DNA from: Bacteroidota bacterium
GTDB taxonomy: Bacteria > Bacteroidota > Ignavibacteria > UBA10030 > UBA8401
NCBI GenBank assembly: GCA_005792285.1
Contig: SXSI01000047.1
Location: 18,497 to 82,496, forward strand
Length of the DNA: 64,000 nt
Direction of reading: 5' to 3'
A program made the position numbers and the translations under genes. Below the pieces are notes generated by a model. That model saw nothing but the letters and a program-made list of their open reading frames with translations. It did not search any database and was not told the origin of the DNA. Positions 10,004-20,503 of this stretch are shown piece after piece; positions within the stretch are counted from its first letter, which is position 1; every line of letters begins with the position of its first letter.

Positions 10004-11525
10004 ATTTAATTGCTTTCGATATATTTTTAATTAAATCACTTGCGACTAAACTATAAATTGTTTTTTCTTTTGCACAAATATCGCCAGCAAGAGAATGAAT
10101 ATAAACTCCATTTATTGCAGCTTCGCTTCCACTATTTCCTTGTGAAAGTAATGAAGAAATAATTCCAGACAAAACATCTCCACTTCCAGCAGTCGCCATT
10201 CCTTCATTTCCAATTTGATTTATAAAAACATTTCCATTTTTATGAAATATAATTGTCGGCCTTCCTTTTAAAACTAAAGTGACTTTATATTTAAGCGCAA
10301 ACTTTTTTCCAAATTGTATTCTATCTTCATCTGTAATGTGATTTCTTTTTCCGATTAAATTTTGAAACTCTCCTGAATGTGGTGTAAGAATTATTTCTTT
10401 GGATTTACTTTTCAGAAGAATATTTTTTTTATTTCTTAAAGCATAAATTGCATCTGCATCGATAACAATTGGTTTTGAATTAATCTCAATAACTTTTTGA
10501 ACTAATTTTTCAGTTTCCTGATTTTTAGAAAGTCCCGGTCCAATTAATAAACAATTACACCATTTAAGTTTTGTTTCTATTTTTGAAATACTATTTTTTG
10601 ACAATGTTCCTTCATTTGTTGAGTTAAGAGGAAAAGGCATAACTTCCAAAGTTCTTCTCGCAATTACATTATATTCAGAATCTGGAAAACCTAAAATAAC
10701 AGCACCTGCTCCAGTTTTCATTGCTGAATCGGATGATAAAATTGCCGCTCCAGTTAATCCACGAGAACCACAAAGTGCAAAAACTTTACCGACTGAATAT
10801 TTGTGAACTGTTTTAGATCTTTTTGGAAATGTTTTTTTTACATCAGCTTTTTCTAAAAGAAATATTGACGATTTAATTTTGTTAAATATATTTTTTGGTA
10901 ATCCAATTTCTTTCAATATAACTTCACCAACATAATTTGGCGCACCTGCAATCCATAATCCTATTTTGTTGGAACCTAAAGTTATAGTTGTTTTTGCTTT
11001 TACTGCCAAATTAGTTACTCTTCCTGTCGTTGCATTTAATCCAGATGGAACATCGACAGAATAAATTGGTACATTTTGCCTGTTGATCCATTTTACATAT
11101 TCTAAATAATTTGATTTTAATTTTCCATTAAATGAAGTTCCAAGTAATGCATCAATTATATATTCGAATTTTAGACTTCTTAGTTTTTGAAGAGTTGGTT
11201 TAAAATAAAATTGGATATTATAATTTTCATTATTTATTTTTTCTAAATTAATACGAGAAAGAAAATTTAATTCTTTTTTTGAAGTTGCAAATGCGATTGA
11301 AACTTTAATTTTATTTTCAGCTAAAAATCGAGCAACAACTAATCCATCTCCGCTATTATTCCCTTTTCCGCAGAATATTAAGACACTTTTATATTTTTTT
11401 TCTAAAATAAAATCTGAAATTTGTTTTCCCGCATTTTCCATTAACTTTTCGGTTGAAATGGAATATTTATTTTTTGCAATAATATCTAACTTACGGCACT
11501 GATCACCTGTAAATAGGGGTATCAT
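9990..11525 (-). CDS. nnr: Bifunctional NAD(P)H-hydrate epimerase/dehydratase (YjeF N- and C-terminal domains).
   Basis: YjeF-N motif GKGNNSGDGLVVARFL and a C-terminal carbohydrate-kinase-like motif GSGDVLSGIISSLLSQG. Confidence 0.85.
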   Translation of the reverse strand: MIPLFTGDQCRKLDIIAKNKYSISTEKLMENAGKQISDFILEKKYKSVLIFCGKGNNSGDGLVVARFLAENKIKVSIAFATSKKELNFLSRINLEKINNENYNIQFYFKPTLQKLRSLKFEYIIDALLGTSFNGKLKSNYLEYVKWINRQNVPIYSVDVPSGLNATTGRVTNLAVKAKTTITLGSNKIGLWIAGAPNYVGEVILKEIGLPKNIFNKIKSSIFLLEKADVKKTFPKRSKTVHKYSVGKVFALCGSRGLTGAAILSSDSAMKTGAGAVILGFPDSEYNVIARRTLEVMPFPLNSTNEGTLSKNSISKIETKLKWCNCLLIGPGLSKNQETEKLVQKVIEINSKPIVIDADAIYALRNKKNILLKSKSKEIILTPHSGEFQNLIGKRNHITDEDRIQFGKKFALKYKVTLVLKGRPTIIFHKNGNVFINQIGNEGMATAGSGDVLSGIISSLLSQGNSGSEAAINGVYIHSLAGDICAKEKTIYSLVASDLIKNISKAIKYVIN

Positions 11526-11541
11526 TCCCGTGTAAAATATT

Positions 11542-12972
11542 TTATAGTTTGAAAAATTTTTCTACTACTGATAAAAGAAGAGATGGATAAATTCCGAGTA
11601 GCAAAATTAAAACTGAAGAAAATATAAGTGAAATTTTAGATTCAGTTGAAAGTATAATTTTATTTTCAGTTTTTGGTTCTTTGAAATACATAAATACTAT
11701 AATTCTTAAATAATAGTAAAGTGAAATAATGCTAGTTAGAATTCCGATTACAACTATCCAAATTAAATTACTTTGAACTGCTGATGCAAATAAATAATAT
11801 TTTCCAACAAATCCAGCTAAAGGCGGAATTCCAATTAATGAAAACATACATAATGACATCACTGCTGCCAAAAATGGATTGCTCACTGAAAGCCCACTGT
11901 AATCTTCAATATTTAAATTTTTGCCATATTCATCTTCGACAAAAGAAACAACTCCAAATGCACAAATAGTTGTAACAGAATAAATAACGAGATAAAAAAG
12001 TATTCCTTGATTTCCCAAACTATTTGAAGATACCAAACCTACAAGTAAATATCCGGCATGTGCAATACTAGAATATCCGAGCATTCGTTTTATATTTCGT
12101 TGTGCCAATCCAAAAATATTTCCAACAAACATTGTAGCAACAGCTAGCCAAGAAATAATTTGAATCAACTCCATATTTTTCACTCCCAATGGAATTGAAA
12201 AAGTTAAAAGGAACGCAGCAAATGCAGATGCCTTTCCACCCGACGCCATTAGTCCTGTAACATTTGTCATTGAACCTTCGTAAACATCGGGAACCCACAT
12301 ATGAAATGGAACCAATGCAACTTTAAATGCAAATCCAATTAGCAATAAAATAAATCCAATTACGTGAAGTGGAATACTAAAAATCATCGGATACTGTCTG
12401 GCGATAGCAAGAATATTTGTTGTTCCGGTTGTTCCGTAAATGAGAGCAATTCCATAAAGTAAAAATCCTGTTGCGAATGCTCCAAGTAGAAAATATTTTA
12501 ATGAAGCTTCATTTGCTGCGACATGTTTTCTTGCAAATCCGGCGAGAATATAAAAACAGATAGACATTAATTCCAATCCCAAAAATATTGTTATTAAATC
12601 GGCACCTGAACCCATAATCATCATCCCAACAATGCTGAATAAAATTAATATTTGATATTCAGCTGTGTTGAATTCATCTATTTTATTTACTGATTCACTT
12701 TGGAGAATTGTTAATATTCCAATTATGCAAAATAGTATTTCAAAAAAACTTGCAAATCCTCCGGAAAAAAGCATGTCGTTGAAGGAAAGTGAAATCGCTC
12801 CAAAATTATAAACTGCAAAATATATCGCAACTAATAATCCTGAAATTGAAATGTATGAAAACCATTTTTTAGAATTCTTAAATAAAATTTTGATTACAAC
12901 TTCAAGTAACGCAACTGATGAGACAACAAGTATCGGAGCGATATTAAGATAATCTTGTAAAGTAGGGATCAT
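11542..12972 (-). CDS. nuoN: NADH-quinone oxidoreductase subunit N.
   Basis: A 476-aa protein with about 14 transmembrane helices in the NuoN antiporter-like family. It is the last gene of the JKLMN order. Confidence 0.85.
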   Translation of the reverse strand: MIPTLQDYLNIAPILVVSSVALLEVVIKILFKNSKKWFSYISISGLLVAIYFAVYNFGAISLSFNDMLFSGGFASFFEILFCIIGILTILQSESVNKIDEFNTAEYQILILFSIVGMMIMGSGADLITIFLGLELMSICFYILAGFARKHVAANEASLKYFLLGAFATGFLLYGIALIYGTTGTTNILAIARQYPMIFSIPLHVIGFILLLIGFAFKVALVPFHMWVPDVYEGSMTNVTGLMASGGKASAFAAFLLTFSIPLGVKNMELIQIISWLAVATMFVGNIFGLAQRNIKRMLGYSSIAHAGYLLVGLVSSNSLGNQGILFYLVIYSVTTICAFGVVSFVEDEYGKNLNIEDYSGLSVSNPFLAAVMSLCMFSLIGIPPLAGFVGKYYLFASAVQSNLIWIVVIGILTSIISLYYYLRIIVFMYFKEPKTENKIILSTESKISLIFSSVLILLLGIYPSLLLSVVEKFFKL

Positions 12973-12975
12973 CTC

Positions 12976-14526
12976 TTATTTGCTTAATTGATTTGGATTA
13001 ATATTTTGAATGCTTTGATTCATTTGTGTTACAATATTTTTTGAGCTGTTAGTTGTGATTTTTAAAAATGTTGATGGATAAATTCCAATCCACACGATAA
13101 ATATAATAATTGGAATTAATAAACCGATTTCTCTTTTAGAAAGATCATTTAATTTTGAATTTGATTCGCTTGTAATTTTTCCAAAGACAACTCTTTGAAA
13201 CATCCACAACATATAAACTGCAGATAAAATTACTCCACTTGTTGCAAATATTGTAAACCATTTTGATGGAATAAATGAACTATTAAAAGAACCAACTAAA
13301 ATTAAAAATTCTCCAACAAATCCGTTTAATCCCGGAAGTCCAATTGATGAAAGAGTTACAATCATAAAAAAAGTTGAGAAAATTGGAATTGATTTTGCGA
13401 GTCCGCCAAAGTCAGAAATTTCACGAGAATGTTTTCTATCGTATAACATTCCAACTAATAAAAATAATGCACCTGTTGAAAGTCCGTGATTTACCATTTG
13501 TAAAATACTTCCCTGTAAAGATTCTTCAGTCGCTGCAAAAATTCCTAACACTACAAATCCTAAATGACTTACTGAAGAATAGGCGACTAATTTTTTAATA
13601 TCAGTTTGAACCATTGAAACTAATGCGCCATAAATAATTCCAACGACTGCCAAAGTAATTAATATTGCAGTCAATTGAATTGCTGCTTGCGGAAATAATG
13701 GTAAACTAAATCTTGCTAAACCGTAAGTTCCCATTTTCAAAAGAACGCCAGCAAGAATTACACTTCCGGCAGTTGGTGCTTCAACATGTGCATCGGGTAA
13801 CCAAGTATGCAATGGAAATAATGGAACTTTTATTGCAAATGAAATTGTGAATCCAAGAAATAAAATTATTTGTATTTCTTTTGGAATTAAATGAACAATT
13901 GAAAGTAACTTAAAATAATCAGTTGTGAATATTCCATCTGGTTGAAGTGCTGCAAAATTTCCCATCCATAATATTGCAATCAGCATTAATAAACTTCCTG
14001 CCATTGTGAAAATGAAAAATTTAATTGTTGCATAAATTTTATTTTTTCCTCCCCAAATTCCAATAATAAAGTACATTGGAATCAACATTGCTTCCCAAAA
14101 TATATAAAAGAGGAAAAGATCTGTCGAAACAAAAACACCGATCATTCCAACTTCGAGTAATAACATAAATACTGTAAACTCTTTAACTCTCTTTTTAATT
14201 GAATTGAATGAAGAAATTAAAGTTATCGGAGTTAAAAATGTTGTGAGCAAAATTAATACTAACGAAAGTCCATCAATACCAACTGCATATTTGACATCAA
14301 TAAAGTTTATTAGAGGAATTGATTTTATAAATTGGAAAGATGAATCGTTGATATTGTAAATATTATAAAGATAAATTGAAATTATAAATGTAAATATACT
14401 TGTAACAATTCCAATATATTTTAAAAATGTATCTTCTTCTTGTTTGATTAATAGTAAAATTAAAACTCCAACTAATGGAGAGAAAAGTAAAATGGTTAAA
14501 ACATTTTGTTCGAATTGTAATAACAT
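12976..14526 (-). CDS. nuoM: NADH-quinone oxidoreductase subunit M.
   Basis: A 516-aa antiporter-like subunit lying between nuoL and nuoN. Confidence 0.85.
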   Translation of the reverse strand: MLLQFEQNVLTILLFSPLVGVLILLLIKQEEDTFLKYIGIVTSIFTFIISIYLYNIYNINDSSFQFIKSIPLINFIDVKYAVGIDGLSLVLILLTTFLTPITLISSFNSIKKRVKEFTVFMLLLEVGMIGVFVSTDLFLFYIFWEAMLIPMYFIIGIWGGKNKIYATIKFFIFTMAGSLLMLIAILWMGNFAALQPDGIFTTDYFKLLSIVHLIPKEIQIILFLGFTISFAIKVPLFPLHTWLPDAHVEAPTAGSVILAGVLLKMGTYGLARFSLPLFPQAAIQLTAILITLAVVGIIYGALVSMVQTDIKKLVAYSSVSHLGFVVLGIFAATEESLQGSILQMVNHGLSTGALFLLVGMLYDRKHSREISDFGGLAKSIPIFSTFFMIVTLSSIGLPGLNGFVGEFLILVGSFNSSFIPSKWFTIFATSGVILSAVYMLWMFQRVVFGKITSESNSKLNDLSKREIGLLIPIIIFIVWIGIYPSTFLKITTNSSKNIVTQMNQSIQNINPNQLSK

Positions 14527-16457
14527 TAAATAATCATCCTCAATAAAATTAAGACAACTCCCATAACAAAAATTAATACATAAGTATCAGTAACTCCGGT
14601 TTGAATTTTTACAAAAAGCGAAGAAAGATATTCTGTAATTCTTCCAGAAGCATTAATAAATTCATCAATAATTTTTACATCTAATTTTTTCCATAAAACT
14701 GAATCCGAAAAATTTTTAATTGGATTTACAACTACTTTATCGTAAAACTCATCAACAAAATATTTATTGAATAATAATTTATATCCATAATTATATTTTT
14801 TGGATATTTTTTCCGCAATCGAATTATCTTTTAAATACAAATGTCGTGCAAATAATATTCCACCAACAGCTAATGCAACAGAAATAGACATTAAAAGATA
14901 TTCCATAAATATTTCATCATGAGCAATAGGTAGTTGATAATTTGCTCTTTTAAAAATTGGTTCTAAAAATTCTTCAAATTTATTTGAACCTCCGAGAAAA
15001 TGTGGAATCCCAATTAATCCGCCAATTGCTGAAAGTACTGCAAGAATAATTAATGGAATTGTCATTGCAGAAGGAACTTCTTTCGGATGCAAATCTTCAT
15101 CAAATCTTTCTTCACCATTAAAAACTAAAGTAACTAATCTGAAAATATAAAATGCAGTTAAGCACGCTCCAATTATTCCGAAGAGCCATAACCAAATTGA
15201 ACCACTTGAAAATGCTTTCCAAAGTATTTCGTCTTTACTAAAAAATCCTGAAAGTGGAGGAATTCCTGAAATTGCAAAAGCTGCGATAAAAAATGTTGCA
15301 GCTGTTTTGGGAAGATATTTTTTAAGTCCACCCATTTTTTGAATATTCTGTTCATGATGAAGCGAATGAATTATTGCACCAGCTCCCAAAAATAAAAGTG
15401 CTTTAAAAAATGCGTGAGTCATTAAATGAAAAACTCCAACAGAAAATGCTCCAACTCCACAAGCAAGAAACATAAATCCAAGTTGACTGAGTGTTGAGTA
15501 AGCTAATATTTTTTTAATATCATTTTGAACTAATGCAATTGTTCCTGCAAAAACTGCAGTGCAAATTCCAATTACCGCAACCACATCCATTGTAATTGGA
15601 GCGAGAATAAACATTGTTGAACTTCGCGCAAGCAAATAAACTCCGGCGGTAACCATTGTTGCTGCATGAATTAATGCGCTAACTGGAGTTGGGCCAGCCA
15701 TTGCATCCGGCAACCAAACAAATAATGGAATTTGTGCCGACTTTCCTGTTGCGCCCAAAAATAAAAGTAAAGTAATTGCTGTTAAAATTTTATCGCCACT
15801 TGGAATTACTGATGCTTGACTAAAAACTGAAAGAAATTGTAACGAACCAAATTCTTGAACAATTAAAAACATCGCGATAAGAAATCCAAAATCACCAATT
15901 CTATTTACGATGAATGCTTTTTTGGCTGCAACACTTGTAGTGCTATTTTCAAAATCTCTGTCATACCAAAATCCAATTAATAAATAGGAACACAAACCAA
16001 CTCCTTCCCAACCTAAAAACATTAACAGAAAATTATCTGCGAGGACAAGATTCAACATTGTAAAAATAAATAAATTTAAATATGCGAAGAATCTCCAATA
16101 ACCAGAATCTCCGTGCATATAACCAGTTGCGTAAATATGAATCAACGAACCAACTCCTGTAATTATCAAAGTCATTAAAATTGAAAGCTGATCAATTTGA
16201 TAAGATATATCTACATTTATCGAGCCAACATTTATCCAAGAAAAGAGTGTTACAATTTTTAATCTTTCTTCAGTTGGAAGGTTTATCATTTCAAAGAATA
16301 TAAATGTTGAAACTAGAAATGAAAGTGAAACCGCTAAAACCGAAATTGAACCAATAATTTTTTCAGATTTTATTTTTGAGCCCAATAACCCATTAATTAA
16401 AAATCCGATTAAAGGAAAAAGTGGAATCAAACCAATAAATTGATACATGCTTACCAT
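14526..16457 (-). CDS. nuoL: NADH-quinone oxidoreductase subunit L.
   Basis: A 643-aa protein with an N-terminus typical of NuoL and a long C-terminal extension. Confidence 0.85.
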   Translation of the reverse strand: MVSMYQFIGLIPLFPLIGFLINGLLGSKIKSEKIIGSISVLAVSLSFLVSTFIFFEMINLPTEERLKIVTLFSWINVGSINVDISYQIDQLSILMTLIITGVGSLIHIYATGYMHGDSGYWRFFAYLNLFIFTMLNLVLADNFLLMFLGWEGVGLCSYLLIGFWYDRDFENSTTSVAAKKAFIVNRIGDFGFLIAMFLIVQEFGSLQFLSVFSQASVIPSGDKILTAITLLLFLGATGKSAQIPLFVWLPDAMAGPTPVSALIHAATMVTAGVYLLARSSTMFILAPITMDVVAVIGICTAVFAGTIALVQNDIKKILAYSTLSQLGFMFLACGVGAFSVGVFHLMTHAFFKALLFLGAGAIIHSLHHEQNIQKMGGLKKYLPKTAATFFIAAFAISGIPPLSGFFSKDEILWKAFSSGSIWLWLFGIIGACLTAFYIFRLVTLVFNGEERFDEDLHPKEVPSAMTIPLIILAVLSAIGGLIGIPHFLGGSNKFEEFLEPIFKRANYQLPIAHDEIFMEYLLMSISVALAVGGILFARHLYLKDNSIAEKISKKYNYGYKLLFNKYFVDEFYDKVVVNPIKNFSDSVLWKKLDVKIIDEFINASGRITEYLSSLFVKIQTGVTDTYVLIFVMGVVLILLRMII

Positions 16458-16753
16458 TTTAAAAGATTAATTTCATTGATGTTCAATGTTTGTTTATTTC
16501 TGAATAGTGAAATTATAATTGCCAATCCAACTGCTGCTTCTGCCGCTGCAACAGTCATTACAAAAAAAACAACGATCTGACCGGTTGCATCTCCCAAATA
16601 AGCAGAAAAAGTAACAAAAGTTAAATTTACAGAGTTCAACATTATTTCGATACACATAAAAACCACAATTGCATTTCTTCTTATTAGAACTCCAACTAAT
16701 CCAACTGAAAATAAAAATCCTGCAAAAAGAAGATAATATTGAATTGGAATCAT
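16451..16753 (-). CDS. nuoK: NADH-quinone oxidoreductase subunit K.
   Basis: A 100-aa, 3-TM protein ([29 protein letters not shown]). It overlaps nuoL by 7 nt. Confidence 0.85.
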   Translation of the reverse strand: MIPIQYYLLFAGFLFSVGLVGVLIRRNAIVVFMCIEIMLNSVNLTFVTFSAYLGDATGQIVVFFVMTVAAAEAAVGLAIIISLFRNKQTLNINEINLLKW

Positions 16754-17265
16754 ATTGTAAATTTTTTCTTTGCGAGAATAATTGCACCAATAATTGCAGC
16801 AATTAATAAAATTGAAGTTAATTCAAACGGAAAAATAAACTGTGTGTATAAAACTTTCCCGAGATATTCTACAGTTCCAACTTCAGCAGAATTGACATGT
16901 AATTTTGTAACAGGAATTGGAGTTTGAATCATTAAGATGTAATACAATTCAACAAAAAATGCAACCGAGATTGATATTGAAATATAAGTTTTCCAATCGA
17001 TACGTTCGCGCAATTTACTTTCATCTCCAAGATTCAATAACATAATTACGAAGAGAAATAAAACCATTATCGCACCAGCGTAAACAATTATATGAACGAT
17101 GGCGATAAATTGAGCGTTTAAGGTGAGATAAAATCCGCCGAGACAAAATAAGTTTAAGATTAAATATAATGCACTTGTAATTGGACTTCTTGAAACTACA
17201 ACCATGATAGCGGAAAAACCCGCTACCAAAATTAAACTCCAGAAAATAATTTGTTCAAGTGCCAT
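16750..17265 (-). CDS. nuoJ: NADH-quinone oxidoreductase subunit J.
   Basis: A 171-aa NuoJ/ND6-like membrane protein. It overlaps nuoK by 4 nt. Confidence 0.8.
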   Translation of the reverse strand: MALEQIIFWSLILVAGFSAIMVVVSRSPITSALYLILNLFCLGGFYLTLNAQFIAIVHIIVYAGAIMVLFLFVIMLLNLGDESKLRERIDWKTYISISISVAFFVELYYILMIQTPIPVTKLHVNSAEVGTVEYLGKVLYTQFIFPFELTSILLIAAIIGAIILAKKKFTI

Positions 17266-17317
17266 TAATTAATAAGAAATATATGGATTGATGATAATAT
17301 AATCAATTGAGTTAGTC

Positions 17318-17896
17318 TTAAATTATTTTATAAGAAATTGAATTTTCATTTTGCGTACGAAAGTAACTTATTAAAGAAATTGTAGCAGCAAGTGTAAATG
17401 ATTCTTCTCTTGTAATAATATTGTTGGATAATATTCCCCAAGTTCCTTCATTACTTCGAATATTTTTTTTGCCTGCATATTCATCAATTACTTTTCCAAG
17501 GTCCTGTTTTTCAAGTATAATTTTATTTTTCAATTCAGTTGGAATTTCAATTGCACCAGAAGAGCCATAAAATAAATTACTTCCATCATAAACTGCACAC
17601 CAACTTTGAAGAAATGCTCGATTATTAACAACATAAATTCCCCCTTCTACTCCAATTGAAATTGTAGTTGACTCAAGATTATTTTTAAAAATATTTACAG
17701 CTCTATTTTTTGCTCCAGTTTGAATTTCATCAATACTTGTCGGAGTATCAGAAACATCACTTTGTGAATCCAAAGTTTTAATAAGTAAATCATCGAAATT
17801 AAAATTAAAATGAGTACTTAATTTGAGTAATGCATTTTTTACGCCATTAACTTTTGGAACTCTCTTGCTCCCGATTAAAATATGATATTTCGACAC
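17318..17896 (-). CDS. YjjX-family non-canonical purine NTP phosphatase (inosine/xanthosine triphosphatase; DUF84).
   Basis: The sequence aligns motif-by-motif with E. coli YjjX, compared from memory. TGAKNRAVN matches AGARNRVAN, SIGVEGGIY matches AIEAGID, and the C-terminal TWGILSNNIITREESF...ISY matches AIGVFTAGKLTRASVY...SPF. Confidence 0.7.
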   Translation of the reverse strand: MSKYHILIGSKRVPKVNGVKNALLKLSTHFNFNFDDLLIKTLDSQSDVSDTPTSIDEIQTGAKNRAVNIFKNNLESTTISIGVEGGIYVVNNRAFLQSWCAVYDGSNLFYGSSGAIEIPTELKNKIILEKQDLGKVIDEYAGKKNIRSNEGTWGILSNNIITREESFTLAATISLISYFRTQNENSISYKII

Positions 17897-17901
17897 TTCA
17901 A

Positions 17902-18312
17902 TTATTTAGCTAAAAATTTTAAATCCGGAGGAGAAGGAAATAATTTTAGAAGTGACGTTAATTTTATTTTTCCATCCGGACGAACAAGAATAATTTTAAT
18001 TTTTGGAGCAAACTCTGAGATAACTTGAAGACATGCACCACATGGAGTAATAAAATTTTTATCATCTGAAGTAATTGCAATTGCTGAAAATATTTTTTTA
18101 CCGTTATTGATTGCACTAAATATTGCAGTTCTTTCTGCACAAGTTGTAAGTGAATAAGATAAATTTTCAATATTGCAGCCAGGAATAATTTCTCCATCAT
18201 TGCAGAGTAATGCTGCACCAACTCTAAATTTAGAATATGGCGAGTAAGAATTATTTTTTGCTTCAACTGCTGCAGTTGCGAGTTTTAATTTCAAGTTCTT
18301 ATTTAGTTTCAT
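17902..18312 (-). CDS. cdd: Cytidine deaminase. The start has been corrected to the internal ATG (MKLNKN...), giving a 136-aa protein.
   Basis: Zinc-binding motifs CAERTAIFSAI and PCGACLQVI. The 178-aa ORF in the track would overlap the upstream DUF971 gene by 116 nt. The internal ATG at 18312 gives a canonical cdd length and leaves a 10-nt gap. Confidence 0.85.
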   Translation of the reverse strand: MKLNKNLKLKLATAAVEAKNNSYSPYSKFRVGAALLCNDGEIIPGCNIENLSYSLTTCAERTAIFSAINNGKKIFSAIAITSDDKNFITPCGACLQVISEFAPKIKIILVRPDGKIKLTSLLKLFPSPPDLKFLAK

Positions 18313-18322
18313 ATTTATATTT

Positions 18323-18649
18323 TTAGTTTTTTGTTGTACAAGTTTTACATTGACATAACGTTCGTAATAATTCGAACGAATAAATTCCAGTATCATGTCC
18401 ATCTCCCCAAAATATTTGGATTGCGTAACTTCCAACAACAGTTAAATTTTTTACATCATATTTTCCGGGAAGTTCGACTTGTACATTTGCAGGATATGAT
18501 TTCATTAAAACTGTTTCACCTTTACAAGAAGCACATGGACATTCATCGCGAAGAAATTTTATTTCATGAATCCCTTCATGCTCATCTTTCCATATAATTT
18601 TAATTTTATTGGAGTTTGTCTTTGTAATTGATGTTGGTTGAGGTTTCAT
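18323..18649 (-). CDS. DUF971 domain protein (gamma-butyrobetaine hydroxylase N-terminal-like).
   Basis: About 108 aa, with the LRDECPCASCKG motif and the W-DGH-G-Y-LR pattern typical of DUF971. Confidence 0.5.
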   Translation of the reverse strand: MKPQPTSITKTNSNKIKIIWKDEHEGIHEIKFLRDECPCASCKGETVLMKSYPANVQVELPGKYDVKNLTVVGSYAIQIFWGDGHDTGIYSFELLRTLCQCKTCTTKN

Positions 18650-18726
18650 ATTAAATATTTATTTCTCATAATATAAGACTTAAATTGGAATTTTGATGAA
18701 TAAGTAGTAGTTTTTTCACTAGTTCT

Positions 18727-19185
18727 ATGACAACAACAAAAGATTTAAGCAGAAGACAAGTTCGGGAGAAGGTTTTACAGGCTCTCTACGCGTATGTAAT
18801 TACTCACGATGAGCCAAAATATATTAAAGAAACTTTATTAATATCTACCTCTTCTTTAAATAATGACAAGGAATTTGCTCATACATTATTTGACGTTGTA
18901 ATAAATAATGAAGATAAACTTAGTAAATACATTAAAGGTTTATCTGAAAATTGGGGAGTTGAGAGAATTGCAATCATCGATAAAATTTTACTTAAAATGG
19001 GAATGTGCGAAATGTTATTTTTTGAAGAGATCCCAACTAAAGTTACTTTAAATGAAATTATTGAATTAGCAAAAACTTTTAGCACAAATAAAAGTCCAAA
19101 ATTTATAAATGGAATTTTAAATGCATTTCTGCAAAAAGAAACAAAATCTGGAATAATTGTTAAACAAGGGAGAGGACTTAAATAA
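18727..19185 (+). CDS. nusB: Transcription antitermination factor NusB.
   Basis: N-terminal RRQVREKVLQALYAY is the NusB signature, in a protein of about 150 aa. Confidence 0.85.
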   Translation: MTTTKDLSRRQVREKVLQALYAYVITHDEPKYIKETLLISTSSLNNDKEFAHTLFDVVINNEDKLSKYIKGLSENWGVERIAIIDKILLKMGMCEMLFFEEIPTKVTLNEIIELAKTFSTNKSPKFINGILNAFLQKETKSGIIVKQGRGLK

Positions 19186-19235
19186 TTTTAATCATAATTA
19201 TATTTTTTGAATTTATAAAATAATTTAATAATAAT

Positions 19236-20486
19236 ATGAAAATTGATAAAAAAATATTTAGCTGGGCCTTGTACGATTGGGCAAACAGCGCTTTCGCAAC
19301 AACAATAATGGCAGGATTCTTTCCAATCTTTTTTAAAGATTATTGGAGTGCCGGAACTGAATCAACTTTAACTACTGCACGACTCGGAACAATAATTTCT
19401 ATCTCAAGTATTTTTATGGTAGTAATGAGTCCCCTTCTTGGCGCAATGTCAGATTTAAAAGGAACTAAAAAATTATTCTTATCAATTTTTGTGTTGGTTG
19501 GCACTTTTAGTTGTTACTCAATGTCGCAAATTGATAAAGGAGATTGGTCTTCTGCAATGTTCATTTATGGTGCAGCATTGCTTGCGTTTGAATTTAGTTT
19601 AGTCTTTTACGATTCAATGCTTCCAACTTTAGTTCAAGGAAAAAATACAAACACAGCATCTTCACTTGGATATTCTTTAGGATATTTAGGTGGTGGAATA
19701 CTTTTTTTAATAAACGTTTTAATGTATTTAGATCCAGAAAGTTTTGGATTTGTAGATGGTGTTGCATCTATTAAAGCTTCGTTTATTACAGTTGCAGTTT
19801 GGTGGGTAATATTTACAATTCCATTACTTTATTTTGTTCCAGAGTCTAAAAATAATTATCAGAAAACATCTCTCCTTGAATCAGTCAGACTTAGCGTTAG
19901 AAGTTTAATAAAAACAGCTAAAATAATAAAACATCAAAAAAATATCTTTTTATTTTTAATTGCATTTTGGCTTTATTTCGATGGCGTCAATACTGTTATT
20001 ACAATGGCGGTAGATTTCGGTAGATCTTTAAATTTTAAAACTGGCGATTTAATTTCAGCATTATTATTAACTCAATTTATTGGATTCCCTTTTGCTTTAT
20101 TGTTTGGAAATATCGCTGGAAAATTCGGTTTAAAAATTCCAATATTATTTTGCATTCTAATTTATATAATCATGGTTATCGGTGCGATGTTTATGAGCAA
20201 TTCAACTCATTTTTTTATTCTTGCTTCGGTAATTGGAATGATTCAAGGTGGTGTTCAAGCATTAAGTAGAAGTTTTTACTCACAAATGATTCCAAAAGGA
20301 CAAGAAGGAGAATATTTTGGTTTTTATAATATAATTGGAAAGTTTGCTTCTGTGATTGGTCCGTTAATAGTTGGTTTCGGTGCTTACATTTCTGGCAATC
20401 CAAGAATAGGAATTCTTGGTTTATTAGTTTTATTCGTTGCCGGCGGAATAATATTATTAAAAGTTAAAGAACCTCAAATTGTCTGA
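19236..20486 (+). CDS. MFS transporter, UMF1/Atg22-like family.
   Basis: N-terminal motif WALYDWANSAFATT and 12 predicted TM segments. Confidence 0.75.
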   Translation: MKIDKKIFSWALYDWANSAFATTIMAGFFPIFFKDYWSAGTESTLTTARLGTIISISSIFMVVMSPLLGAMSDLKGTKKLFLSIFVLVGTFSCYSMSQIDKGDWSSAMFIYGAALLAFEFSLVFYDSMLPTLVQGKNTNTASSLGYSLGYLGGGILFLINVLMYLDPESFGFVDGVASIKASFITVAVWWVIFTIPLLYFVPESKNNYQKTSLLESVRLSVRSLIKTAKIIKHQKNIFLFLIAFWLYFDGVNTVITMAVDFGRSLNFKTGDLISALLLTQFIGFPFALLFGNIAGKFGLKIPILFCILIYIIMVIGAMFMSNSTHFFILASVIGMIQGGVQALSRSFYSQMIPKGQEGEYFGFYNIIGKFASVIGPLIVGFGAYISGNPRIGILGLLVLFVAGGIILLKVKEPQIV

Positions 20487-20503
20487 GTATAAATAATAAA
20501 TTT

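Noticed and set aside
16494-16802. 102-aa Cys-rich ORF overlapping nuoK in another frame.
   Set aside because: It is entirely inside nuoK and nuoJ coding sequence. It is an alternative-frame artefact.
17902-18438. Long 178-aa form of cytidine deaminase.
   Set aside because: It overlaps the upstream DUF971 gene by 116 nt and adds a non-conserved 42-aa extension. The internal ATG at 18312 gives a canonical cdd.
17964-18597. ORFs 17964-18266 (minus strand) and 18331-18597 (plus strand).
   Set aside because: They are embedded within or antisense to cdd and the DUF971 gene. They are Lys/Leu/Gln-rich low-complexity translations typical of AT-rich alternative frames.
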